Counted from the first letter of the stretch, positions 41,812-55,047 are shown. The stretch is DNA of 64,000 bases from Octopus vulgaris (GCA_951406725.2 OX597825.1:82956001-83020000), one strand, 5' to 3'. Numbers and translations: made by a program. Notes: a model not told the origin generated them from the sequence alone.

Positions 41812-42183
41812 CAGGGTAATTCAAAAGTCACCATACATAGGAAAAAATTAATTTTTTTATAAGAAACAGTTTACAAGATGCCCTAGATCCCCTGATCTGA
41901 CCCCTCTTGATTTCTATCTTTGTGGGGTATTTGAAAGGCATTAGTGTAACGCGGAAAGATAAAAGACATAAATCATTTGAAGGAACGCATCACCAACTCC
42001 TCTGCACACGTATCACCAGATGTGCTATTACGAGTTCACAAAGAGTGGGATAAACGTATTGCAATGTGTATTCAAAGCAACGGTTGCCATATAGAGCCTG
42101 TTAAATAAAAAAACTGTTCTTACGAACTGTTCCTTATAAAAAGATAAATTGTTCCTATGTATGGCAACTCTTTAATCACCCTA
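41812..42183 (+). mobile_element. Internally deleted Tc1/mariner-superfamily transposon
   Basis: ~60-bp TIRs (CAGGGT.ATT.AA.AGT..CCATACATAGGAA.AA), TA flanks. Frameshifted peptide PRSPDLTPLDFYL(W)GYLKG..KIKDINHLKERI..EWDKRIAMCIQSNGCHIE. Confidence 0.9.
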
Positions 42184-43034
42184 TATATTGCAATCATGGT
42201 TCTAAACATTATCGTTATATGAGATTCTCAAAGATTATAGGTGCAGGAATGGCGATGTGGTTAAGAACTGGTGCAGTCAAGGAAATTTAGTCTAGAAATT
42301 CGATTCACAATCACGTACTGCTGAAATATTCCTTAAAGGAATATATATATAAATTTTAACATATTCCTTTAACTTAACCTTCCTTTATTGATATCAATAA
42401 TTGCCATTTAATAAATAATTATAAATATATGTTAAGTTAGTATTTAAATATGTAAATATGGAATTACTTCTATATTTTCTGTCCCTCTATTGTGTAAAAG
42501 TTTTGCGATATACTGAAAGTATTCAGAAATATTCTTCTTGGTGTTCTTAAGATTGATTCTATAATGTATCTGGGTATAAACAAATAACATTGTTTTATAG
42601 TAGGTAAATGTTCTGCTATTATATGAAATCATTCTCCCTGTCCCATAAGCAGCGGTCTACAAAATTAGCAGCTAAAATCTTGTCAGGTATATTCTTACTG
42701 AACCAAATGACTTTGCTTAAAAGAAATCTTGATTTATGAATCTGCCACTTAAATTGTCTATCTATTTTGCCCTATCCATAAAAGGATATTACACTCTCTC
42801 GTCTCTTAGATTTGATAATCTAGTCTATAAATTAAAACTGACCCCAAACCCAATTAGTAAATCTAAATAACAAAAATAATCAGTGATAAGCAGTGTCTTT
42901 TTGAAAAAATCTCAGTTACAACCGTGATGTTGCTGGTAAAACATGATCTTTGTCTAACTCCTTATCCCCTTGGTGATTTTGGATAAAAAATTATACAAAT
43001 GAGTCCTTCGAATTTAATTAAATTCTATATTTTT

Positions 43035-43124
43035 ATGAAGCTGAAGATTGCTCTACATTTTAAATTAATGTAATGTTTGCATTGTTCAATTAAAATGGAG
43101 TCGCATGAAACGATCGTACTACAT
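43035..43124 (+). ncRNA. Hammerhead ribozyme with extended stem II (family H7)
   Basis: ATGAAG-CTGAAGA-[59 nt, with TGC/GCA and CATTTTAA/TTAAAATG pairings]-GAAA-CGATCG-TA-CTACAT: palindromic stem III, GUA triplet. Confidence 0.68.
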
Positions 43125-43204
43125 TACCTGTGGATATTCTTGTTGCTTAATTTGATTATATATATATATTTATATAAAGAGAAAGAGAGGGAGAGAGAGA
43201 GAGA

Positions 43205-43660
43205 GAGACGGGCTTCTCTCAGTTGCGGCCTGAGACATTTGCCCAAAGTGCCATGCCATGGGACTCATCTCGGACCATGTGGTTGGGAAGCATGCTACTT
43301 ACCACTCAGCCACGCCTGCGCCTTTATACGTATGTATGTATGTATATTCGTACGTATGTGTGTGTGTGTGCATGCGTGTGCGTGTATGCGCTGTTGAGTG
43401 TATATCTTTGTGTTTGTCCACACATAGCTCGTCAGCAACTGAACCGGTGTACCTTTTCTTATGTCCCTTTAACTCAGTTGTGCTACAAACGACAACGATG
43501 GGACAAGCACCAGGCGAGACATAAGAACTGGAGTCGAATTCTTCGACTAGACTCTGAGTGAAAGTACCCCAAAATGAAAGTGAAAGTACCCTAGAGTGAG
43601 AGTACCCCAGCATGGCTGCTGTCCAATGATTTGAACAAACAGAAAAATAAAAGATTCGGA
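43205..43660. mobile_element. Family B head (-) and diverged B tail (+)
   Basis: TTGCCCAAAGTGCC..GGACCATGTGGTTGG..TACTTACCAC, then CCAGCATGGCTGC.GTCCAATGA. Confidence 0.65.
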
Positions 43661-44664
43661 ATAAATAAAAATTGTTCGAACGCTCAGTCAGAGAATAGAA
43701 GCTAGGCATCAATTTGGAAACGTCTAGTTGTGAATAATATTAGACACCGATATTGATACGTCTATCCATGTCCAATGCTAGAGCATCAATACTGGTACCT
43801 GTATGTGGATAGTATTTTAAACATTTTTCCTCTTCGAATGAATCTTTTCGCTAAGCAAGTCTCAAGTACTGGGATGAATTATGTATTTTGAACATCAACC
43901 AATATTTATATGATACATAGCAATAAGGCTGGTCATTCAAAATGCTACAAACACACTACTTTATACTGGAGAAAATATACTACAAAAGATCTTAAAGCTG
44001 TCAGGCTCAATATATTATATTCTTCAGAGATATCATCAAATTATTTGCTGCAAAAAACAGCGCCTACAATGATCCGTTAATCAAGACGAATGATAACAGA
44101 CAAGTATATGCACGACACACATCTATTTCTTATTTTCCTTTTTCTCTCAAATATATCAGATAAACGTTATTGACATTCGATTAGCGATCACACCGGACGA
44201 ATTTTCTAATACATTTCTAAAGTACATGCAGCTATTATGAAGAAAATCTCACCAACTTTCGTTGCAAAGAACGATGTGTTAAAAAGGAAGAAAAGGAAAG
44301 AAATGGAGAGAATTCTTAAGATGCGTCTTCAAAGAAAAGGACGTTATTAATTATTTTCCTTAGAATTCAATAGAAAAAAAAAACCAAAACTGTCTCCAGT
44401 TTGGACGGCTTCCTCTAATGTTGTTATAGAATTATGGCCGAAATGTATCACGAGGGATTGATCTGTTGCATAATAAGTATATGTGTGAAGGTTTAAGAAT
44501 AAATGCATAGGATATCATGTGGCAAGTGCACAATAAAATATGGGATATGTCTACATATGCATATATGTGTGTGTGCGTGCATGTGTGTGTATGAACGTAT
44601 GTATAAATAAGTGTGTGAATGTGTTTGTATGCTTATATATATATATATATATATATGTATGTAC

Positions 44665-44739
<75 letters not shown>

Positions 44740-44845
44740 AATATATTATGCAAATAATTATATATTTATACATAATGCATTACTTCTATATGTATACACA
44801 AATGTATTATACAAATATATTATATGTATATTAGCAAATTATGTA

Positions 44846-44892
<47 letters not shown>

Positions 44893-45759
44893 GTTATATA
44901 TGTGAGCGGTTATGTCTATGCGTGTATGCCTATGTGGTTGTGTGTTTGCGCGCTCGCTTGTGTCTAAATATACAAAGCATGATCATGTTATAAAAGCATC
45001 GAAGGAAAAACATTGAAATCTCTCTCGACAAAGCAGAAATACTGGGACAGTAAACGGTTAATAATAACGACGATGTTTGCCGACATTAGAATAAGGAACG
45101 GTGACGCTTGAAGATACTCAATTTGTTTTGAATATCTGCATCAGACAAACATTGTTAAAAGCAATATCTCATATCGGATGCTGTAGACTACGAATGCCAT
45201 GCATATATTCTCTCCATTCTCTGCTTATAATATTTTCACATGCAGTTAGTACTATCTGATGTAGTATTAATGATTATGAAAATGTTCAGTCACAAATAAT
45301 TCCTTTCCATCTTCACAAGGTCCCAGATTTGGAGCAGAAGTTTGCATTGGAAGATCAAGTCCCTTCTACTTCTTTTATCCACTTCAAAATTGCAATGAAC
45401 GGCAAGGTTTATCAATTGGAATATTAGTTAAATACGATGGATGAAACTAAGGAATACAAGACGTTTTGTCTCATGTTTGGACATTTTGGGTTGCATATGT
45501 GTCTGTGCGTTTAAAGTGCCTTATCTTGCCTTGGACCTTCCATGACTGATGAAGTCGTTTTTAGGTGAGTCAATTTATGAACGACGGTGAGTATGTGACT
45601 AATAAATACTCTGCGGGTCCCGTCTCTCCTCATATCGAACGAACCATACTTAATTCCTCTATCGAGGGAGAAAATATGTAAGAAAAGTCGAACCAAGAAA
45701 CATCTTAATTTTTGGCGATAATCAACGTGAAACGGTGTATTGCAAGGCAGGGACAAATA

Positions 45760-46175
45760 CGAGGGTGAGTCAAAAAGTAATACCATTTTGTTTAGGACAG
45801 GTAGAATTACCAATACAGGAACATCAATCATACATCAAAATGAAGCTGGTCCTCTGTGGATCACATCCCTACTTCTCAACATAGTCATTGTTTCTCTCAA
45901 TAGCAATGTTCCACTTTCGAATGAGAGCATGTATTCCTGCCCCGTAAAATTCTATTGACTGTTCTTTGAGCCATTTCTTCACTAGAGTTTTCACTTCCTC
46001 GTCACTGGAATAATGTTTGCCTCTCAAACCCTCTTTCAGTGATGCCTTCTCGAAGCAAATACCGCAAAATTACTCCTGTCTCAAGGCATACCCACGTTAA
46101 CGGAGATAAAGAGGTTGCTATTCGTAACTAATAGTATTTTCATTACTAATAATGGATTTTTACTCAGCCCATCAG
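45760..46175 (-). mobile_element. Mariner-family deletion derivative (C-terminal transposase fragment)
   Basis: End TA-CGAGGGTGAGTCAAAAAGT. Minus-strand peptide KEGLRGKHYSSDEEVKTLVKKWLKEQSIEFY / AGIHALIRKWNIAIERNNDYVEK*. The other TIR is degenerate. Confidence 0.82.
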
Positions 46176-46505
46176 CTATAATACTGGTTATTTTTTAATC
46201 AATACTTTCTATATCAAGAGAAACGACATTTACCTCATAATGCAGTTGATACCAGTTCTACAACCAGCCTATACTGAAACTTCTGAGCTCTACAACACTA
46301 TACGTCTATAAGTGGTGCTTTCTCAATACCAAGACCTCATTATTACGGCTTTCTCGCTGTATATCTACGTTGAGTATGGTATACAGATTTATAATCTATA
46401 TATCTACCTATCTATCTATATTTCTGCCTGTCTGTCTATCTGATTGTTTGTTTCTATGCATATATATACACACACATATGCAGGTAAATATACATGCACA
46501 CACAC

Positions 46506-46571
<66 letters not shown>

Positions 46572-46645
46572 TCAGATGAATATGGTGCTTAAGCTGAGGC
46601 ACAAGAGTTTTGTACGGTATTATCCATATAAAGTAAGAGGATTAA

Positions 46646-46718
46646 AATCAAAATAAGCAACAAGAATATCCAGAGGTAATGCAGTACGATCGTTTCATGC
46701 AACTTCATTTAATTGAAC
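46646..46718 (-). repeat. Second H7 copy, 3' half of the hammerhead only
   Basis: Reverse complement matches ~43084-43158 (TTCAATTAAA..GCATGAAACGATCGTACT.CATTACCT.TGGATATTCTTGTTGCTTA). No CUGANGA upstream. Confidence 0.75.
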
Positions 46719-47008
46719 CATGAATTCATGCGACCAACTGGCGCGAAGGTTTTCGAGCATGCGCATACAGAGTGCAGTCACCTCCCACGAAAAGGATTTC
46801 CCCATATGACATTAGTTTTAGCGGGGAAACACAAAGTCGTATACTCGTTTAACGACCCACTATATATATATCTGTGTGTGTGTAAGTGTGTGTGACAATA
46901 TGTATTTGATTGTGAGTGTATATGTATACGTATGTATGTATATGTCTATATGTATTTGTATATATGTTTATATGCATGTATATATATATGTATATACATA
47001 TTTATATG

Positions 47009-47052
<44 letters not shown>

Positions 47053-47227
47053 GTACATGCATATATATATGTATGTATATGTCTATATGTATTTGTATAT
47101 ATATTTATATGGATGTATGTATATATATATCTATATATATATATATTATGTATATACACATATATGTACGTATGTAGATAGATAGATACATAGATACATA
47201 GTTAAATAGATAGATAGAGATAGATAG

Positions 47228-47260
<33 letters not shown>

Positions 47261-47908
47261 TGTATTTATGTATGTTTGTGCATGTAATTTCAGAAGGAAA
47301 GAGAGAGAGAAAGAGAGGGAGAGAGAGAGAAATGAGGCAGAGAGAAAGAGCGATTCCATTGCGTAATTTTTAACACAAATAACCAAATAAAATAAATTAG
47401 TTATGTAACGACTCTGTTTTTCTTTTTGCAACACAACCTATAGTTTAATAATAGTATGCATTACTATGCATGCACCATCATAATTGGTTATGAAATACAG
47501 TAGTTTTGTATTCGCATCACTAATGTTCCTTTGAAAAGCACGAAATCACGCGATCTTATTTCCTTTTTCCATGTAAATATTAAATGTTGCGCATATGTAA
47601 ATCAATACCATAGCTAAAAATCGAAATCTGATGTTATGGAAAATTATAGACAAAACGCTGCTAGATTCGAACTCTGCAAATTTTAAGTAATATTGCTTTT
47701 AAGACCCATCCTTCAATTAATTTTTTCCTCTCTCCAACCACGACATTCTAACTTAGGGGTTTTCCGTTTGTGCGGTTTCAATATTTTATATTTTCTCATA
47801 GCTTATTTTTGATTAATTCCTCATTAAATGTAAAAGCGATCTGCATTGACAGGACATCCGAATATTGCATTTTTGGTTTAGGAACTCATCCCCTAACGAT
47901 ATAAGTGA

Positions 47909-48200
47909 AGGCGCATGGCTCAGTGGTTACAGCATCGGGCTCATAGTCGTTCAGGTAGTGAGATCGATTCCCGGACCGGGCTGTATGCTGTATTCTTCAG
48001 CAGGACTCTTTTTTTTTTCCCGTTGCTCCTTTTCACTCAGCTATACAGATGAGCTGCGCCGTTACTGATGCCAAGCTGTATCACCCTTTGCCCATCCCTT
48101 GGACAACATCGCTAGTATGGAGAGGAAATACTGGTGTGCATGGGCGACTGCTAGTCTTCACAACAAATTGCTAGTCTTGTGCCTCGAAGAGGAATATTAT
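47909..48200 (+). mobile_element. tRNA-headed SINE related to family C, diverged
   Basis: GGCGCATGGCTCAGTGGTT..GAGATCGATTCCCGG head with a different 3' body. Confidence 0.65.
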
Positions 48201-48514
48201 AGGCCAAACGCCTCCATTGTGAGTTAAAGTAGTGAGACAGAAAACTTGGGAATGTCCATCGGATTTTATTGTTAAATTTTCGTCTCTTTGACTCTCCCTG
48301 AGGATTCCAATAAGTGTATTTTACCCATGCTGTACTGAGCCACTTACGAATTCCCAATTGATCAAACAACTGCATACTCATCGTCGAAACAGACGGAAGA
48401 GCATTTACTTGATCAGTTTTTTATGTACTTTGCATACATATATGACATAGTTTCAAGTTACGAGTCGATTCTATTGGTGATGTCCGGAGTTCAGACAGAT
48501 CGCAAAATATCATT

Positions 48515-48916
48515 TTTTTAATCTAGGCTCAAGGCTCAAAATTTTGGGGGCATGGGGGCCAGTCGATTAGATCGATCCTAATACGCAACTGGTGCTTAAT
48601 TTATCGACCACGAAAAGATGAAAGGCAAAGTCGACCTCGGCGGAATTTAAACTCAGAACGTAGCAGCTGACGAAATACCGATTTCTTTATTACCCACCCA
48701 CAAAGGGCTAAACACAGAGGAAACAAACAAGGATAGACAGACCGATTAAGTCGATTATATCGACCCCAGTGCGAAACTAGTACTTAATTTATCGACTCCG
48801 AAAGGATGAAAGGCAAAGTCGACCTCGGCGGAATTTGAACTCAGAACGTAAAGACAGACGAAATACTTCTAAGTATTTCGCCCGGCGCGCTAACGTTTCT
48901 TACAGCTCGCCGCCTT
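48515..48916 (-). mobile_element. SINE family A dimer (tail 1 unit plus headless tail 2 unit)
   Basis: 20-bp TSD ACAGATCGCAAAATA(T/G)CATT (48495-48514 and 48917-48936). Internal junction at ~48680. Confidence 0.93.
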
Positions 48917-49714
48917 ACAGATCGCAAAATAGCATTAGCAAAAGAACTAAATAAATACTATATTTACAGTATATTTTCAAAAACCAGGACAGTATTTCGG
49001 ATAATTATAATTTTATTAACAGCAACACATTGCAGATTTTTAAAATTTTATTTTGCTTTTCTAATTTTTAATTCAAGTACTTGATAAATAAAGATATGTT
49101 TTCGACTTGCCACCGAAATCTAATATAATGTTGACGTGACAGAATCTTAATAAATACAATAATGTGACACTAACGCTTTTGAAAAGAGCTTTCGAGGCTG
49201 TAAACAGTATTGAAAGGAACTGGTGTCATTCGAGAAGTAAATCGAATCAGTGGAATTCTGTCGACAGGTTCTCAACGGAACTTGCGATATAGAATCGCTG
49301 TTGTCATTTGTTATGCTTTGATTGCAACTTGTAATTGTTGCAGTTACTGGATGCTGACTAAAGTAAATATTGATACAGACAGACACCAAATAAACTGATT
49401 GTATGCAGAATTAATTACTAGAGCAACAGCTAAATGCTGTTACTGTCACGGTGGCTATAGGTAATTACACCAGCAGCAGCAGTAGCCGCAGCAGCAGCAG
49501 CGAATACGTTGAATCACATATCAGCAAAATAATGATTGCAATAGTAATACACACAGAAACACTCACGCACACACATACACACAAATACACACACACATAG
49601 TCACATATATACATATATATACTCGTATGTCTGTGGATGTACGTATGTATATGCATGTGTGTGTATATATGTATGAAAGTGTATGTGTGTCTGCGTGTGT
49701 ACGCGTGTGTTTAT

Positions 49715-49786
<72 letters not shown>

Positions 49787-49949
49787 CATGAGTTAGACAG
49801 GCAGGTAGAAAGATAGATTCATACATATGTATATCTATATACATACATATGTACATACATGCATACATACACACACATACACACACATATATATCATTAG
49901 TTAGATAGGCAGGTAGATAGATAGATTCATACTTAAGTATATATATACA

Positions 49950-50093
49950 TACATAAAACAAAACATACAGATCTGTCGCATATACATACAAAAATACCCT
50001 GTTGTTGATTGAAATTCCAATAAAGGCGCCTTGAATCTAGGTTAGAAACCGGCTCTTTCTCTATTGGCAAGAAATCTTGAAATAAACTGAACA

Positions 50094-50095
<2 letters not shown>
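49950..50095 (-). repeat. Unclassified interspersed repeat (family E)
   Basis: Reverse complement of ~22050-22200. Confidence 0.8.
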
Positions 50096-50124
<29 letters not shown>

Positions 50125-50134
50125 CATACATACA

Positions 50135-50165
<31 letters not shown>

Positions 50166-51102
50166 GTACATATGGACACCAACGTCTGTGCAAATGCGAG
50201 TGTGTTTTGTGTATATTTTAACGAAATAATACGATTTCGATTTTCATTGCAGCTGCTCACATGCGTCTTTAGTTAATTACGAAACCAAAGCATCTACTAC
50301 TGTACCTATAGTTATTTAATAACAGCAACAAAAAAAAAGAAAAGAAAACATTGATTCAACCAATGAACAACAAGAACGCATTGATTGCGATGCTAACAAA
50401 AATCTAAGTCTGTTTTCGCTTGTAGAACTCTTCTATAGATCAAAGTTTCTTGGCTGCAACAACCAAACTTTCTTGTAAAATTTCGCGAAGTAATTCCAAT
50501 ATTCCACACATTCTCTTGCTTTCTGACTATTAACTTTTACAAATCACACAAATCGCTTAAATTTTGAAGATGGAACAAATTAAAACCAAACAAAAACCAA
50601 AACCAAAAACAAGACTTGGAAAAAAAAAATCGAAAAACGAAAATGGAGTCGGCATTCGTCGTCTGGTTCCTCCATTATGCATTCAAAAGTGATTTAGTCA
50701 AACAATAAAGTTACTATCGATTATAAGGTTTGGCTAGACGGCGTTTCTTTGATAAAATCGTTTGGTAATGTCGTAGTGTACTCTTTAACCTCAACCGAAG
50801 TAACAATATATCGATTAGTTCGCTAATTAAAGCAGAAAATTCCCGTAAGATGTCCATAGTACCAATGATGATGAAAATTACAGTAATCTTACCTTTATTT
50901 TTTTTTTTTAATTAATAATGCAAAAGAAAGAAGCAGATGACACAACATTATGAATAATTCATGATAATGTATACAACACATAATAAATTAAAAGCCGACA
51001 CTTTTAGTGTGCTCTATCGGCAAGAATGTTAATTAGTTCTGTTAAGTTTGTATGCTATATGAAGAATAAGGAATCCGATGGTTCGCAACTGAGTCTTCTC
51101 TA

Positions 51103-51198
51103 ATACAGTTCTATATTTAAGAGATGCGGTATTATGTATATTACTTACATTATTTACATTTGATGGATATTTGTGCTCATCTTGTTTGTTGTTAACAT
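51103..51198 (-). repeat. Inverted 3' portion of H2 repeat
   Basis: Reverse complement reads GTTAACAACAAACAAGATGAGCACAAATATCCATCAAATGTAAATAATG, the same sequence found downstream of other H2 hammerheads. Confidence 0.8.
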
Positions 51199-51214
51199 AA
51201 GGAACTTTCCCCAA

Positions 51215-51662
51215 GACACCTGATGAAGGCTGGAGGGTATATATTTCTTTACTATCCCCAAGGGGCTAAACACAGAGGGGAGAAACTAGGATTAAGTCGA
51301 TTACATCGACCCCAGTGCGTAACTGGTACTTAATTTATCGACCCCGAAATGATGAAAGGTAAAGTCGACGTCGGTGGAATTTGAACTCAGAACGTAACGG
51401 CAGACGAAATACCTGTTTCTTTACTACCCAAAAGGGACTAAACACAGAGGGGACAAACAAAGACAGAAAAAGGGATTAAGTCGATTACAGCGAACCCAGT
51501 GCGTAACTGGTACTTAATTTATCGACCCCGAACGGATGAAAGGCAAAGTCGACCTCGGCGAAATTTGAACTCAGAACATAACAGCAGACGAAATACGGCT
51601 ACGCATTTCGTCCGGCGTGCTAACGTTTCTGCCAGCTTGCATATCAGCCGAAACGTTGTGTC
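51215..51662 (+). ncRNA. H2 hammerhead split by a SINE insertion in loop II
   Basis: 5' half GACAC-CTGATGA-A-GGCTG-GAGGGTATAT at 51215-51242 and 3' half ATAT-CAGCC-GAAA-CG-TT-GTGTC at 51641-51662. Confidence 0.8.
51243..51640 (-). mobile_element. SINE family A dimer inserted in an H2 hammerhead
   Basis: Two tandem units with a junction at ~51412. ATAT is duplicated at the ends. Confidence 0.92.
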
Positions 51663-51724
51663 AGCAAGAAACAAGACGAGGACAAATATCCATCAAATAT
51701 GTAAATAATGTAAATAATGTAAAT

Positions 51725-52190
51725 AAAGAGCCTTCCCTGTTTCGTTGGATGTCAAAATTTTGTTTTGCGTTATGAAGAATAGTCATTTCCCGAAATGTTA
51801 GGTTCTTCCTCTCCATCTTGCATACGAACAACCCGAATGAAACATGTATCATCTCCTACATGTAGCAGATTTGCACATGGAACAATATGTGTTTGTAGAA
51901 GTTGTGCGCTAGAAGTTTGGGGCAATATGGTGCAGTGAGTTAGCGTATGTTTCTTCTACGGTGAATGCATTTAAAATTCTCCGGTTCTTTGTGGTTGGTT
52001 GATATGGAGCTTTTAAAAGGGAGGTTGCCGAGGTTCGTGTTGTATGAAAGATCGGCGTGGTTGTGGCAACCGGAAAAAGAATTAAGTAGTTACGGAATAG
52101 TGTGTGTTTCAATAGGAAGCGGATGCGTGGACGTTCAAGAATATGGAATTCAAAGTGTGTAGGTGTGCTCAAAGTAGTCTGAACAATATT
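51725..52190 (-). pseudogene. Decayed Penelope-like element fragment (linker plus GIY-YIG endonuclease)
   Basis: Frameshifted minus-strand peptides NLGNLPFKSSISTNHKEPENFKCIHRR, then CSMCK.. followed by a YIGE-like segment, then RNREGSL. These resemble the PLE pattern NLRDxLVRS..PGxFxC..C, CxxC..YIGET, R..RE. Confidence 0.5.
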
Positions 52191-53149
52191 CGAACACCCA
52201 CTTTCGTTTTAATCTCTACCATGTATTTGGCAGGAAACGCATGTCAGAAAGGAATCTAATTCCATTGCTCTTCCCATATTAAAGTGAAAGAGGTCAGAAG
52301 GCTGGACTAGGCTGAATGAAAAGTGATAAAAAACCAGCTACAAATTAGCTGTTAATGAATCTCTATTGGTTCGTAGTGTTTTCTGGACAGATAAATGGAG
52401 TTTGACAGATAAAATTTACTTGGTTTATCTTTTAGAAACTCCTGTGAAAAACCGTTGCAGGCAATTTCAAAAGTGGTCAGACTCAATAGTTTTGATTATC
52501 TAAATGGTAGATTATCTCTTTTAGATTTATATTTGAAATCTTTGGCGTTGTCCCAAAAGCCTAAAAGATGGAATGTGGCAGAATTTGTTGTGAATCAAAG
52601 TATATTTAATATATTTCAATACTTTTTTTTCATATTTTATATCTCTTTACGTTCAAACCTTGTCTGAAAGGACTTTGCTTTCCATTTATCAGATTTTGGT
52701 GAAATAAATACCAGGTAAGTAGTGGAGTTAATGTAATTGCTTAAGATCTTCCTCTTTATGCAACCGTATTTTAAGTTAGTATTCACAATTCTACACTGTT
52801 TCAAATCAGAACGCATATTACAAACTGCAGCAAAACAGAGTAATCTGTAAAACATGTACCCTACCTCTCTCTCTCTTTCTCTCTTCCTTCTCTCCACCCC
52901 CGGAAAAATCCTCGTTGCTACAGTGGAAAGAATTTAGATCTTTCTCAGTTCAAAGATTTAAATTGTGTGCAAACTTATGAGTACATTATTTTGGAAAGAA
53001 AACAGAAAATGAACGCAACAATTACTTGATATATTTTTTTAAGATTATAAAACGTGACGTCGAATATCAACGGATATTATTTATGTCAAAGACGTTGCTG
53101 CAACAAGATTCCTGCAAAGCTTGCACAACCTTTAGTACACCAGGCTTTT

Positions 53150-53325
53150 AACGCTTAGCAGTATTTCGTTCGTCTTTATGTCCTGAGTTCAGTTCCGCCG
53201 AGGTCAACGTTTTTTTTTTCATCCTTTCGGGGTCGATAAAATATGTACCAGTCTAGCACTGGGGCCGATTTAATCGACTTAACCACATGCCCGAAATTGC
53301 TGGCCTTGAGCCAAAATTTGGACCC
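53150..53325 (+). mobile_element. SINE family A, 5' truncated (alternative tail)
   Basis: GAGTTCAGTTCCGCCGAGGTCAAC..TCATCCTTTCGGGGTCGATAAAA. Confidence 0.8.
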
Positions 53326-53548
53326 AATATTACTTCCAAGAAATTTTGGGTACTTCTTGATTTATTCACCCCCATTAAAAGATTGCCATTAAGACACTGG
53401 GTTATCTCCCCACTAAAATATTGGGTTTATGTGGCGACAAGAGATTGAATTAAAAGGGTTAGATCCTTTTGATTCAATACTTCAACACATTGGTGACGTT
53501 TGGCCCCCTTAATAAGCATGCTAGGATTTGTTGTAAAAATATTATTAC

Positions 53549-53952
53549 GAGTGACTGTGTGGTATCTTGCTTACGAACCACATGGTTCCGGGTTCAGTCA
53601 CATTACGTGGTACCTTCGGCACGTGTCTTTTACTCTAGCTTCGAGCCGACCAAAGCCTTGTGAGTGGATTTGGTAGGCGGAAACTGAAAGAAGCACGTCG
53701 TATATATGTATATGTATATATGTGTGTGTGTGTGTTTGTGTGTCTGAGTTTGTACCCCCAGCATCACTTGACAACAGATGCTGGGGTGTTAACGTCCCCA
53801 TAACTTCGCGGTTCGGCAAAAGAGCACGATAGGATTAGAACTAGGCTTACAATGAATAAAGTCCTAGGGTCGACTAGCTCGACTAAAGGCGGTGCTCCAG
53901 CAGGGCCGCTGTCAAATGACTGAAACAAGTAAAAGTGAAAGAGTAAAAGAGA
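53549..53952 (+). mobile_element. SINE family B, full length
   Basis: Matches 21559-21975. Confidence 0.9.
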
Positions 53953-54819
53953 GTCAACAAGATGCTTAATGTTTTCGCTTTTCCCGTTTATTAATTTTGT
54001 TCATGTTTTGTTTTGTTTTATTGAGGGTTAAACAATTTTTTTTTAATTGTGGGAGATAACCGATTTATTTTTAATGGGGGTTAGATAACCAAAAGGTGTG
54101 CAAATATGCACTACCGAAATAATTGTTTATGGGGATGTAAAGCTTGTATGTGGTTAGTAGAAATGCTTTAAATGACAGTCAAATCTCTCTCAAAAATGTT
54201 AGTTTCATCTTTGAAATATTCCTTAGGGCATAAAGGAATCTGAAGAAAAAAATTGATTGGCATGGATGGAACTACTACCGCTTTTGAATAGAGTTAACCT
54301 AGTGCAAAATAACTACAGAAGCAGCAACATTAATAGTAGTAGTAGTAGTAGTTTGGTGGTGGTTGTGGTGGTGGTGGTGGTGGTGGTAGTAGTGGTAGTA
54401 AGAGCAAAGACAATGGCAGCAAGACCCCCGAGGCACTCCTGTTGTGGACGGGTGGCTTTGACGCTCGGAGTCAAATCAATTTGATTGTCAAGATAAAGAA
54501 ATTCGTGACATGTCTACCCAGGTAAACAATGGGAAATGTTGCAGAAATGACAACGAAATTCCGATATCGACTTAAAACAGAAACAGCTGCAGAGACCAAT
54601 GCTATTATTGACAGAGAGAAAGAGGAAGAAGAAGAGGAGGAGGAGGAGGAGGAGGAGGAGGAGAACTTGACTAAAGCAATATGTATAACTTGAATGCAAA
54701 AAGCGATAAAGCCAATACTACCACCGCAGCCACCATCGTTACCACACCGATACTGTCATTAGCACCGGCATCAGCATCAGCGCCACCATTAGCGCTATCA
54801 TCTAACCATCGCCATCATC

Positions 54820-54872
54820 CCCCCGTCGTCATCATAACCACCACCACAAACACCACCACTACAACCACTTCC

Positions 54873-54905
<33 letters not shown>

Positions 54906-55047
54906 GTGATTATGATCATCATCATTATCATCATCATCGTCATCAATACAACTACAACCAGAACCATTGTCATCATCATCATCATCCTCACCGCCATCGC
55001 CAACATCATCTTCAACAGCAGCATCATCATCATCATCGTCGTCATCG

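Noticed and set aside
45540-45600. CTGATGA followed by a GTCGTT/AACGAC stem
   Set aside because: GAAA and a matching stem I are absent.
50010-50060. Family E motif ...AGGTTA-GAAACCGG-CTC as a hammerhead; also degenerate candidates near 3980, 21160, 30925 and 35935
   Set aside because: There is no CUGANGA core in these copies, so they cannot be supported without a consensus.
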